Shown here: positions 8,768 through 17,205 of the stretch, in pieces
Layout: every line of letters starts with the position of its first letter
Position numbering within the stretch: position 1 is the first letter of the stretch
Source of the DNA: an uncultured Acidobacteriota bacterium
GTDB taxonomy: Bacteria > Acidobacteriota > Thermoanaerobaculia > Multivoradales > JBCCEF01
Length of the DNA stretch: 64,000 nucleotides
Reading direction: 5' to 3'
Assembly: GCA_963730155.1 (NCBI GenBank)
Contig: CAVSQV010000003.1
Location: 2,938,496-3,002,495, forward strand
Made by a program: the position numbers and the translations under genes
Notes under the pieces: model-generated
Database searches by the model: none
Seen by the model: only the letters and a program-made list of their open reading frames with translations
Told to the model about the DNA's origin: nothing

Positions 8768-11221
8768 TCAGCGCTGGAACGAGAACCGCGTGCCGACGAA
8801 GGCCGACAGCGGCGAGCCTGGATACAGCGCCTGGGCACCCGGGGCGGCCACGTTGAACACGTTGACGGCGGCGATGTACTCCTCGTCGAACAGGTTGCGC
8901 ACCTCTCCGAACAGCTCCCACTGCCGGGCAGCGAAGCCGCCGCGCAGGCCCATCAGGGCGTAGCCGTCGACGGTGTAGGTGTTGGCGAAGTCCGCGTAGC
9001 GCTCGCCGAGGAAGTCGAAGGTCGGGCCGGCGTAGAAGCCCGTCCGATGCCGGTAGAGCGCCTCGCCGCGCACGACATAGTCGGGCGCTGCGGGGAGGTC
9101 GTTGTCACCGTAGACCGGATCGCCGTCGAAGTGGAACCGGTTGAGCGTAACGCTGACCTGCGGGTCGAGGCGATGCCCGCCGCCGCCGAGCTCGAAGCTC
9201 GCGGCCACCAGCGCCTCGATGCCGGCGTGAACGGTCTCGTCGATGTTGGTCGTCAGACTGTTCCCCGGCGCGTTCGGATCGTCCAGCGACAGGATCTCGT
9301 CGCTGATGCTCGCGTAGTACGCGCTGATGTCCCACGTCCAGCTCGTTCCGGCCGCTCGCCGCGACGTGGAACGCCAGCCGACCTCCGCCACGGTGCCGCT
9401 CATCGGATCGAGGGTGGCGTTGCCGCCGCGCACGTTGTCCTCCATCTGGAACGTGGTCGGCGCCTCGAACAGGCGGCTGAGGTTGCCGTACAGCTCCCCG
9501 GCATCGTTCAGCGCGGCGATCACGCCCACGCGCGGATTGACGGAGGAGTAGTCGGCCTTGGGGTTGCTCACCGCCCCGGTGTCCGCGTTGATCGTGCGCA
9601 CGTCGCGCGCCGCATCGACGTACTGGGCGCCGAGGACGACCGAGACGCGGTCGGAGGCGCGCCAGCGGTCGACGAAGAACGCCTCCACGCTGTCGGCGCT
9701 GTTGTCGACGAACTCGGAGATCCCGTTCGGCCGTCCCCCGTCGTTGCGGAAGTTCCCGCCCTCGACCGACCCCTCGCCGTAGTTGAGACCGACCTGGAGG
9801 TCGTGCGCACCCACGGTCTGGTCGTAGCGGACCACGGCGCCGAGATCGGCGTGATCGGTGTCGACCAGGAGGCTGAACACCTCCACCGGCGGGGCCGGTC
9901 CGGGCCCGTCGAAGTCGACCAGGATCCGGTCGACGATCGGGTGGAACAGCGACTGCTCCTCGTACGACAGTCCGGCCGTGAACGACCGGTCGCCGTCGAG
10001 GGTCCAGATCGCCTTGGCCGCCAAGCGCGCGGTCTCGACCTCCTTCCCATAGTCGCCGCCGAGCGCGGCTGCGCTCGCCTGATCCGGGTCGGCGTCCGCC
10101 TGGGCGCGCGTCAGCGCACCCGGCAGCGCCAGCGCGTTGTCGATGTACGTCGCGTAGGCGCGGACGCTCACCGAGTCCGAAGGCTGCCAGCCGGCGTTGG
10201 CGTACACGCTCCAGCGGTCCTGGTCGCTGTGATCGCGATAGCCGTCCCATTGCTTGGTTTCCGCCGTCAGGATCCCGTCCAGCGAGTCGCCGGCCGCGCC
10301 GACCGTGGCGCGGCCGTCCAGTGCGCCGTAGCTGCCGCCGCTCAGGGAGGCGGCGACCGGGGCGCTGTTGCGCGCCGTGGGCGACACGAGATCGATGGCG
10401 CCGCCCAGCGTGCTCGCGCCGTAGGTGAGCGCGTTGGCGCCCCGCGCCACGCTGGCGTAGCGCGCGCTCAAGGGATCGGACACGCGATTGTGGCCGTTGC
10501 CGTCGGCGGTCGTGACCGGCAATCCGTCCTGGAGCAGCTTGATGCCGTTCTTGTCGTAGGCCACGGAATCGAGGTTGGAGCCGCGGCTCGAGAAGAACAG
10601 CTCGTCGCCGCCGTAGGCGCTCTCGGACCACATGCCGGGCACGTAGCGCAGCATGTCCGGCAGCCCGGCGACGTGCTGGGTCTGGAGATCCTCGATGTCC
10701 ACGACCGTGACGCCGCCCGGCGTCGCCGCGCGCTGCTCCTCGACCTCGGCCCGCGCCAGGTCCTCGGTCACGGTGATGCTCTCCCTGAGCGGCTCGACGA
10801 CCAGCCGGAAATCGGCCACCGCCGATCCCGTCGAGGCGACGCTCACTCGTCGTTCCATCGCCTGGAAGCCCGGAGCCGTGACCCGGAGCGTGTACTCGCC
10901 CGGCTCGAGTCCCTCGAACCGATAGCGGCCTCGGCCGTCGGTGGCGGCGGAACGGGTGGCGGCGACGCCGCTCACGAGCTCCACCGTGGCTCCGGGGACG
11001 GAAGCACCCGTCGGGTCCGAGACCTGTCCGGTGACGGCGGCCGTCGCGCGCTCGGGGACCGGGGTCGCCGGGGCGGGCGGACTTGCATAGAGCGGGGCCG
11101 CGGCCAGCGCCGCGGCCAGGGCGAACGGCACGAGCGCCCGGAGGGCGCTCGGGGTCGATACGGTTCGCTGCGGGGCCGGCCGCTTCCGGGCCGGCCGGCG
11201 GTTCGTGATCAGGCAGGTCAT
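8768..11221 (-). CDS. TonB-dependent receptor with an N-terminal carboxypeptidase-regulatory-like domain
   Basis: 817 aa. It has a signal peptide and a CarbD-reg-like segment (VTGQVSDPTGASVPGATVELVSGVAATRSAATDGRGRYRFEGLEPGEYTLRVTAPGFQ). A plug and 22-strand barrel-type sequence follows, ending FVGTRFSFQR. Confidence 0.85.
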   Translation of the reverse strand: MTCLITNRRPARKRPAPQRTVSTPSALRALVPFALAAALAAAPLYASPPAPATPVPERATAAVTGQVSDPTGASVPGATVELVSGVAATRSAATDGRGRYRFEGLEPGEYTLRVTAPGFQAMERRVSVASTGSAVADFRLVVEPLRESITVTEDLARAEVEEQRAATPGGVTVVDIEDLQTQHVAGLPDMLRYVPGMWSESAYGGDELFFSSRGSNLDSVAYDKNGIKLLQDGLPVTTADGNGHNRVSDPLSARYASVARGANALTYGASTLGGAIDLVSPTARNSAPVAASLSGGSYGALDGRATVGAAGDSLDGILTAETKQWDGYRDHSDQDRWSVYANAGWQPSDSVSVRAYATYIDNALALPGALTRAQADADPDQASAAALGGDYGKEVETARLAAKAIWTLDGDRSFTAGLSYEEQSLFHPIVDRILVDFDGPGPAPPVEVFSLLVDTDHADLGAVVRYDQTVGAHDLQVGLNYGEGSVEGGNFRNDGGRPNGISEFVDNSADSVEAFFVDRWRASDRVSVVLGAQYVDAARDVRTINADTGAVSNPKADYSSVNPRVGVIAALNDAGELYGNLSRLFEAPTTFQMEDNVRGGNATLDPMSGTVAEVGWRSTSRRAAGTSWTWDISAYYASISDEILSLDDPNAPGNSLTTNIDETVHAGIEALVAASFELGGGGHRLDPQVSVTLNRFHFDGDPVYGDNDLPAAPDYVVRGEALYRHRTGFYAGPTFDFLGERYADFANTYTVDGYALMGLRGGFAARQWELFGEVRNLFDEEYIAAVNVFNVAAPGAQALYPGSPLSAFVGTRFSFQR

Positions 11222-11529
11222 CTTCTGATTCCTCTCTCACCCGCCGGGCGGGGACGCGGATGCGCCGCCGGTCCCGGCGTGAGGGCCCCGTTTCCGATGG
11301 AGCGCCTCTCCTGTCGTCCTGGCGACTCCGCGATGCGGCGGCGTCGCCTCGGGAGCATCGAGCCGCCGGCGCCGGATGCGGCGGGGCGGCTCGCCGGCCG
11401 GCGGGGACGCGAGGCCCTCCTCCGGCGGTCAGCGGGGTGGGATGGACCCGGCCGCCGCGGCTCGCCCGGCGCAGGGGCGACGCGCCGCGGCCGGCCGCCC
11501 GCGCGGGCGGCTCCGGGTCCGGCTGAGGC

Positions 11530-11892
11530 TCAGGACGATCGGGGTGGCGGGGTCTCGGGCACGCGCGGGACCGAGGGGAGGGCGCGGGCGGCGGCGGCGG
11601 CGGCGAGGTCGGCGGCCCCCGGCGGCAGCAGCGCCGCCGCGGCCGCGAGGACCGCCGGCTGCAGCGTGTCGCGCGCGTGTGTCGGGGAGCCGGGCGCCTT
11701 CGGAGTGCGCTCGAGCGAGCAGCCCGAGCCGTCGGCCATCGAGCACTGGAGGCCGGTCTTGGCCATTGCCGACTTGAGCGGGCAGACGCCGTCGCAGCAG
11801 CAGCCCGGACCGCGCGCGAGCGCGGTGCCCGACGCCGTGGCCAGCGCCACGAGGACGGCGAGCAGGCAGCAGAGGGATCGGCTCCGTTTCAC
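11530..11892 (-). CDS. Small secreted Cys-rich protein (GTG start)
   Basis: GGAG lies 9 nt upstream of the GTG. The N-terminus VKRSRSLCCLLAVLVALATASGTALA is signal-like. The mature part contains GPGCCCDGVCPLKSAMAKTGLQCSMADGSGCSLE. The gene is ~300 bp upstream of the TonB receptor on the same strand. The C-terminal half is low complexity. Confidence 0.35.
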   Translation of the reverse strand: MKRSRSLCCLLAVLVALATASGTALARGPGCCCDGVCPLKSAMAKTGLQCSMADGSGCSLERTPKAPGSPTHARDTLQPAVLAAAAALLPPGAADLAAAAAARALPSVPRVPETPPPRSS

Positions 11893-11997
11893 GTGTGCCG
11901 CACTCCAGCAAGAAGCAAACAAAGAATCTTGGCCGAGTCTACACCAATACTCCTGTCCGCAACATGACAGGCCTCGGCACGGACCAGGCGACCTCGC

Positions 11998-12342
11998 TCA
12001 CCGCGAACGCTCCTCGCGCCCGTCCGGGGCGGGCAGGTCGGGGAAGAGGAGCGGCAGGTCGGCGACCCGGCGCCACCCCTCGCCCGGCGCCACCGGCTCG
12101 ACTTCGATGCCGTCGAAGTAGCGGTCGAGCACGGCGTCGCACTCCTGGGCCAGCGGCGGCGAGCAGTAATCCTCCTCCTCCCACACCGCCACCCCTGGCT
12201 CTTCGACCCGGGCGCCGATCAGGCTGGCGGTGAGGGCGCGGCCGAACGGCTCGAGGTCGAGGAAGGCGTCCGACTCGAGCTGCTCGGCGAGCTGGTCGAG
12301 CCGGTCGGGGCGGATCTGCGCGCGGACGAGATAGTGGGCCAT
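11998..12342 (-). CDS. Hypothetical protein (114 aa)
   Basis: The internal ATG is preceded by gaggagg. The sequence MAHYLVRAQIRPDRLDQLAEQLESDAFLDLEPFG...DYCSPPLAQECDAVLDRYFDGIEV has protein-like composition. The upstream part of the track ORF is artefact. Confidence 0.45.
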   Translation of the reverse strand: MAHYLVRAQIRPDRLDQLAEQLESDAFLDLEPFGRALTASLIGARVEEPGVAVWEEEDYCSPPLAQECDAVLDRYFDGIEVEPVAPGEGWRRVADLPLLFPDLPAPDGREERSR

Positions 12343-12394
12343 CGAACGGACCTCCTCGGCTGGGAGTGCCGAGGCTATCCCACGCGGCCGGTCC

Positions 12395-13021
12395 TCAGTG
12401 GACGGTGAGGGCGTAGAGGGAGCCGCCGGCCGGGAACTCGACGTCGCCGAAGGCGCCGTCCTCGGGGCGCACCGCCAGGATCGAGAACCCCAGCCGCCAC
12501 TCGCCGCGGCCGAACCTCGCCTTGGCGAGCTGCAGCTCGCGCGCCGGCGCGCTCTCGAACTGCGCCTGCGCGGGCTCTTCCGTCCGATCGACGCCACGGA
12601 ACCGGAGGGGGTTCGCGGTCCAACCCTCGACCTTCCACCACCGCTCGTCCAGAGCGTTCGCGGGCGCCGCCTCGGGTCGATCCGCGGGCCACTCGCCGAG
12701 CTGGGCCGACACGTGCAGGTTCAGCGCCTCGGCGAGCGCCGGCGCCTCGATCCGCAGGTCGAGGATGCCGAAACCTCCGCGCGGGACGGTGAAGCAGAGC
12801 CAGACGTGGTGAGGGTCCTGGTAGGCGTAGAGGTCGACCCCGGGCGCGACGGCGACGGCTCCGGCTCCGAGCGCGGCGTACTCGCCGCAGTCGCCGTCGA
12901 CGAGAGGTGCGGCCAGCGGGGCGCCGGGGGCCGGCGCGGGCGGCGGCGCGGCGCAGCCGAGCGCGGCGAGGAGCAGGGCCGCCGGCGCGGTCCGCGCGGC
13001 GATGGAGCGGGTCGGGCGCAT
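12395..13021 (-). CDS. Hypothetical secreted protein or lipoprotein
   Basis: The start MRPTRSIAARTAPAALLLAALGCAAPP is a signal peptide with a lipobox-like ALGC. The protein is 208 aa with balanced composition (...HHVWLCFTVPRGGFGILDLRIEAP...). Confidence 0.5.
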   Translation of the reverse strand: MRPTRSIAARTAPAALLLAALGCAAPPPAPAPGAPLAAPLVDGDCGEYAALGAGAVAVAPGVDLYAYQDPHHVWLCFTVPRGGFGILDLRIEAPALAEALNLHVSAQLGEWPADRPEAAPANALDERWWKVEGWTANPLRFRGVDRTEEPAQAQFESAPARELQLAKARFGRGEWRLGFSILAVRPEDGAFGDVEFPAGGSLYALTVH

Positions 13022-13100
13022 ATTCGCGGAGGTTATCCCAGCCGGCGGCTCGAATCGGCTTAGAATCGGTGCAACCATTCGAGGCCAGGAGGGGAGCACC

Positions 13101-13340
13101 ATGATCAAGCTGTACGACAGCGAGACCGGCGCCGCGCTCGGGCGGATCACCGACGAACAGTTCACCTTCCTCGAGGACCACCTCGAGGAGGAGTCCGAGG
13201 ACGACCAGGACTACTACTTGAGCGCGGCGACGATCGACGTCCTCGCCGAAGACGGGGCGGACGCCGAGCTGGTGGCGCTGCTGCGGAAGGCGCTCGGCGA
13301 CCGCGACGGCGTCGAGCTGCGCTGGGAGCGGGCGGACTGA
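13101..13340 (+). CDS. Small acidic hypothetical protein (79 aa)
   Basis: RBS aggagggg then ATG. The sequence is MIKLYDSETGAALGRITDEQFTFLEDHLEEESEDDQDYYLSAATIDVLAEDGADAELVALLRKALGD. Confidence 0.45.
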   Translation: MIKLYDSETGAALGRITDEQFTFLEDHLEEESEDDQDYYLSAATIDVLAEDGADAELVALLRKALGDRDGVELRWERAD

Positions 13341-13449
13341 TTTGTAAAGGGGGGCGGCTACGCCGCCGCGAGCCCTGGCGGGCTCGGCCGCATCGGAACC
13401 AGTTTCGGCTTTCCAGGCTCTCTGGGGATGGAACGAAGGAGGGACCTCC

Positions 13450-13884
13450 ATGGAGCAGCACCACTACCCCGTCGACGTCACCTGGGAGAGCGGCAAGGAG
13501 GGGCGTGCCAGCAGCTCGGACGGCCTGCCCGCGATCACGGTCGCCTCGCCGCCGGAGTTCGGCGGCCCGGGCGGCCTGTGGAGCCCCGAGCACCTGTTCG
13601 TCGGCGCGCTCGCCTCCTGCTACATGACCACCTATCTGGCGATCGCCGAGCGCTCGCGGCTCGAGGTCGCCGGCCTCGCGGTGCCGGCCGAGGGACGGCT
13701 GGTCCAGGGCGAGGACCGGCGCTTCTCGATCGACCGCGTGGTGCTCCGGCCGGTGATCCGGATCCGCGTCGAGGCGGACCGCGAGAAGGCCGAGCGGATC
13801 GCCCACAAGAGCGAGGAGGTCTGCCTGATCACCCGCTCGGTGCGCTCCGAGGTGGTGCTCGAGGCGACGATCGAGGTCGGGTAG
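13450..13884 (+). CDS. OsmC/Ohr-family peroxiredoxin-like protein
   Basis: 144 aa. The segment ...GGLWSPEHLFVGALASCYMTTYLAIAERSRLEV...VVLRPVIRIRVEADREKAERIAHKSEEVCLITRSV shows the OsmC fold pattern with its paired Cys residues. Confidence 0.8.
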   Translation: MEQHHYPVDVTWESGKEGRASSSDGLPAITVASPPEFGGPGGLWSPEHLFVGALASCYMTTYLAIAERSRLEVAGLAVPAEGRLVQGEDRRFSIDRVVLRPVIRIRVEADREKAERIAHKSEEVCLITRSVRSEVVLEATIEVG

Positions 13885-14827
13885 AGAGCGGCCAGACCGC
13901 CATCGCCAGGCCGGCCAGCGCCAGCCCGCCGCCCAGCCACTCGGCGGCGTTCATCCGCCAGACGAAGACCGCCGGGAAGAGCAGCGAGAGGGCGAGCTTC
14001 GAGACCGTGGTCAGCGGCGGGTTGAGGAAGACGGTGAAGCCGACCGTCGACGCCGGCAGGTGTCGCAGCAGCCAGACCCAGACCGCGTAGCCGAGGAGCG
14101 TGCAGAGGAGCGAGAGATAGAGCAGCGCCGCCCAGCCGGCGGCCGGCAGCTCCAGGAGCTCTGCTCCGCCGACCCAGGGGAGGATCGCAAGGAGCGGCAG
14201 GCTGCCCAAGCCGACCGTCAGGTAGGTCCAGACGAGCGGCGAGCCGGCGGCGGTGACCGGCTTGCTGACGATCGAGTAGAGCGACCACGACAGCGGCGCC
14301 AGCGCGGTCACCCCGAGCACCAGCCCGTACTCGGCGATCGCCCCGGGCTCGCCCTTGCCGGCGGCGATCACCACCAGCCCGGCCACCGACACCAGGAAGG
14401 CGACGATCCGCCGCCGGGTCAGCCGCTCGCCGAGGAACGCCGCGGCCAGCAGCATGACGAAGAGCGGCAGCAGCGCGCTGGTCAGCGACGCCACCGGCGG
14501 CGGCACGCCGTGCTGCTGCCCGTAACCCAGCGCGAGGTTGTAGCCGGGGACGGCGAGCAGCCCCCCGAACGCCGTCCGCCACGGATGCCGGCGCACCAGC
14601 TCGAAGCTCTCCCGGCGGCGGAAGAGCAGGCAGTAGGCGAGGCAGACCGGCCCGACCGGCACGAACCGCCCGACCGCCAGGCTCACCCAGTCCAGGCTCG
14701 CCGCCGCCCCCTCGCCGCCCAGGAGGTAGGAGATGGCGACGAAGCTGTTGCTCCAGATCAGGAACAGGCCGAGCGCGACGGCGAGGTAGAGGCCGGTGCG
14801 GCGCGTCGTCGCCTCGCCGGTGTCCAT
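13829..14827 (-). CDS. EamA/DMT-family transporter
   Basis: 332 aa with ~10 TM helices in two EamA-like repeats. Its 3' end overlaps OsmC convergently by 56 nt. Confidence 0.75.
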   Translation of the reverse strand: MDTGEATTRRTGLYLAVALGLFLIWSNSFVAISYLLGGEGAAASLDWVSLAVGRFVPVGPVCLAYCLLFRRRESFELVRRHPWRTAFGGLLAVPGYNLALGYGQQHGVPPPVASLTSALLPLFVMLLAAAFLGERLTRRRIVAFLVSVAGLVVIAAGKGEPGAIAEYGLVLGVTALAPLSWSLYSIVSKPVTAAGSPLVWTYLTVGLGSLPLLAILPWVGGAELLELPAAGWAALLYLSLLCTLLGYAVWVWLLRHLPASTVGFTVFLNPPLTTVSKLALSLLFPAVFVWRMNAAEWLGGGLALAGLAMAVWPLSTRPRSSPRAPPRSAPSG

Positions 14828-14846
14828 GGTCTCCGCCGGCGAACCG

Positions 14847-17048
14847 CTAGGCCGAGGCCGGCGGCTGGGGTGGCGGCGTGGGAGCCGGCGGCCCCGCCCC
14901 GCGCCGCCGCCGGCGGTAGAGCACCAGCAACAGGAACGCCGCTCCGATCGAGAGACCCACGAAGAGCACCAGCAACAGGGCGCAGGCGAACGGCACCCAG
15001 GGGAACATGGCGTCGCCGAGCTCGCCGCCGGTTTCCGCCGCGGCGCCGTCGGAGCCGCCGCCGGCCGTCCCCTCGAGGGTCAGGGTGTAGCCGGTCGAGT
15101 CGATCACCTCGCGCAGCGCCTCGGCGTAGCGGCCGACCTCGCCGGGCTCGACCTGGCGGCCCTTGGTCCGCAGCTCGTAGACCAGCTCCACGCTGTCGTC
15201 GCCGGGGGTCGAGGTGACGGCGAAGTCGAACCAGGGGACCTCCAGCTCCTCCTCGACCGGCTGGAACTCCCACGGGGTCGAGGCGCGGATCGAGACCGTC
15301 TCGCGGTTCACGAGGTCGCGCGGCAGGTCGAGCGGGGCGCGGCGGTCGGTGTCGTCCGGATCGATCAGGTCGCCGGCCAGGGTCAGCGGCAGGAGGTCGC
15401 AGGCCAGCCCGGGGTCGCGCGCCTCCCAGCAGCCGACCACCCGGTAGCGCTCGGTGATCACCAGCCGGTTGGCGTCGCGGTCGTCGGCGATCTCGAGCGG
15501 CCCGAGCGGCTCGACGGTGCGCTCGCCGTCGGTGTAGTAGTCGACGTAGCCGTCGAGCAGCTCCTCGGCGGTGGTCGCCGCCAGCGACCGGCGCAGCCGC
15601 TCGGCGCCGGAGCGCACGTGGGTGGTCTCGATCGTCACCTCGAACGCCTCGCCGGCCGCCGTGAGGCGGTAGTCGTAGTGCGTCGAGGTCGTCCCGGGGA
15701 GGCTCGGCTCGGGCGGGATCGCGGTCAGCGAGTCCACACCCGGCAGTAGTTCCAGGGCGTAGCCGTAGGCCGGGAACCAGAGGTCGAGAGCGCTCCCGCC
15801 CTGGAGCTCGAGGGTGGGGTCGATCCACACCCGCTCCCCGTCCAGGCGCGCCACCACCACCACGTGGTCGAAGGCGAACGGCGAGGGCTGCCACTCGGCC
15901 ACCCGGTAGGCCGTGTCGACGTCGACGAACGCCGGCCAGGCCTCGATGCCGAGGGCGGCGAGGAGACCGACCAGCAGGCGCGATTTGTCCTTGCAGTCGC
16001 CGTAGCGCCGGCGCGCGATGGTCGCGAGGTCGTGCGGCTCGTGCGAGTGGGGGCCGAGCGCGATCGCGTAGTAGCGGATCTCGTCCTGCACCCAGCGCGC
16101 GGCGGCGACCAGGCGGGCGCCGGGGTTGTCGGGGTGGGCGGCGGCGATCTCGGCCGCCGCCGCGGCGACCTCCGGGGGCGGCGGCTGGGGCGGGTAGAGC
16201 GCGCGCCCCCACTCGACGACCTCGGCCCAGTCGGCGAACTGGCTGAGCTGGACCCAAGGGTGGGTGAACCAGCCGGGGGGCGCGTTCGGCTCCACTTCGA
16301 TCGCAGGCAGGTCGCGCAGGTGCCAGGTCAGGAGTTCGCGATCGCCGTCGCGCGAGCGTTCGGGCGGCGGCGCGTCCTCGCCGTGCAACCGGTAGTGGAG
16401 CGGGCGGCCGGCCGGCGCCGCCACGCGCACCCGCTGCTCGGCCACCGGCACGCCCCAGCCGAGCGTGAAGCCGCCGGCGTAGCGCCCGCCGAGGATCGGG
16501 TTGAGCCCCTCGACGGTGTAGGCGATGCGCACCACGTCGCCGACCCGCACGTCCTCGGCGACCAGGAGCAGGGTCAGGCGTTCGTCGTAGACCTGGCGGC
16601 CGAGCTCCGGCTCGCGCTGGAGCACCGAGCTCTGGGCGGTGGCCAGGCGGTCGTGCCAGGCGCCGTCGCGGCGGACCTCGAGGGCGTGGACGCGCAGCCG
16701 CTGCGAGGCCGGGTCGAAGGTGATCTCCCACTGCGCCGCGTGGTCCCGCCCCTGCTGCGACAGCACCTCGACCACCCGCTCGGCGTAGGTCGCGGTGGCG
16801 GCGCCGCCGGCCAGGAGCTGGTCGTCGACCCGCAGGTAGGCGAACGCCGACGCGGCCGCCGGTGCCGGGGCCGGCTCGCCGGCCGGCACCACCCAGGCCG
16901 GCGCCGGCCCGCGGAGGATCGCCGGGTGCTCGGGGAGGTCGGCGGACGCCGCGGGCGCCGCGAGCGCCAGCGCGGCGGCGAGCGCCGCGCACCGTCCTCG
17001 GTCCGCTGTCGTGGTGGTCACGCGCATGTCGTCCGCCGGGTCGCGACG
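14847..17048 (-). CDS. DUF3857 and transglutaminase-like domain protein with a C-terminal membrane anchor
   Basis: Start at MRVTTTTADRGRCAALAAALALAAPAASA (signal peptide). A transglutaminase-like Cys motif (RRRYGDCKDKSRLLVGLLAALGIEAWPAFV) is present. A C-terminal TM helix is followed by a poly-Arg stop-transfer. Track residues upstream of this start are artefact. Confidence 0.75.
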   Translation of the reverse strand, partial: RRDPADDMRVTTTTADRGRCAALAAALALAAPAASADLPEHPAILRGPAPAWVVPAGEPAPAPAAASAFAYLRVDDQLLAGGAATATYAERVVEVLSQQGRDHAAQWEITFDPASQRLRVHALEVRRDGAWHDRLATAQSSVLQREPELGRQVYDERLTLLLVAEDVRVGDVVRIAYTVEGLNPILGGRYAGGFTLGWGVPVAEQRVRVAAPAGRPLHYRLHGEDAPPPERSRDGDRELLTWHLRDLPAIEVEPNAPPGWFTHPWVQLSQFADWAEVVEWGRALYPPQPPPPEVAAAAAEIAAAHPDNPGARLVAAARWVQDEIRYYAIALGPHSHEPHDLATIARRRYGDCKDKSRLLVGLLAALGIEAWPAFVDVDTAYRVAEWQPSPFAFDHVVVVARLDGERVWIDPTLELQGGSALDLWFPAYGYALELLPGVDSLTAIPPEPSLPGTTSTHYDYRLTAAGEAFEVTIETTHVRSGAERLRRSLAATTAEELLDGYVDYYTDGERTVEPLGPLEIADDRDANRLVITERYRVVGCWEARDPGLACDLLPLTLAGDLIDPDDTDRRAPLDLPRDLVNRETVSIRASTPWEFQPVEEELEVPWFDFAVTSTPGDDSVELVYELRTKGRQVEPGEVGRYAEALREVIDSTGYTLTLEGTAGGGSDGAAAETGGELGDAMFPWVPFACALLLVLFVGLSIGAAFLLLVLYRRRRRGAGPPAPTPPPQPPASA

Positions 17049-17205
17049 GAGGATAGCGCGAGGGCCCGCGCCCACCCGCCACCGGATTGCCATCTCCGAG
17101 ATTCCCGCCGGAATGGGAAACTGACGCGCTCCGTGCGGTAGGCTCGCTCGCCATCCAGTCCGCCCGCGCCGCGGAAGGCGCGCCCGCTCCCCGACCGGGA
17201 GGTCC

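Noticed and set aside
8702-12121. 1139-aa ORF on the plus strand
   Set aside because: It is antisense to the TonB-dependent receptor and the small downstream genes. It is Arg/Gly-rich with no recognisable motifs.
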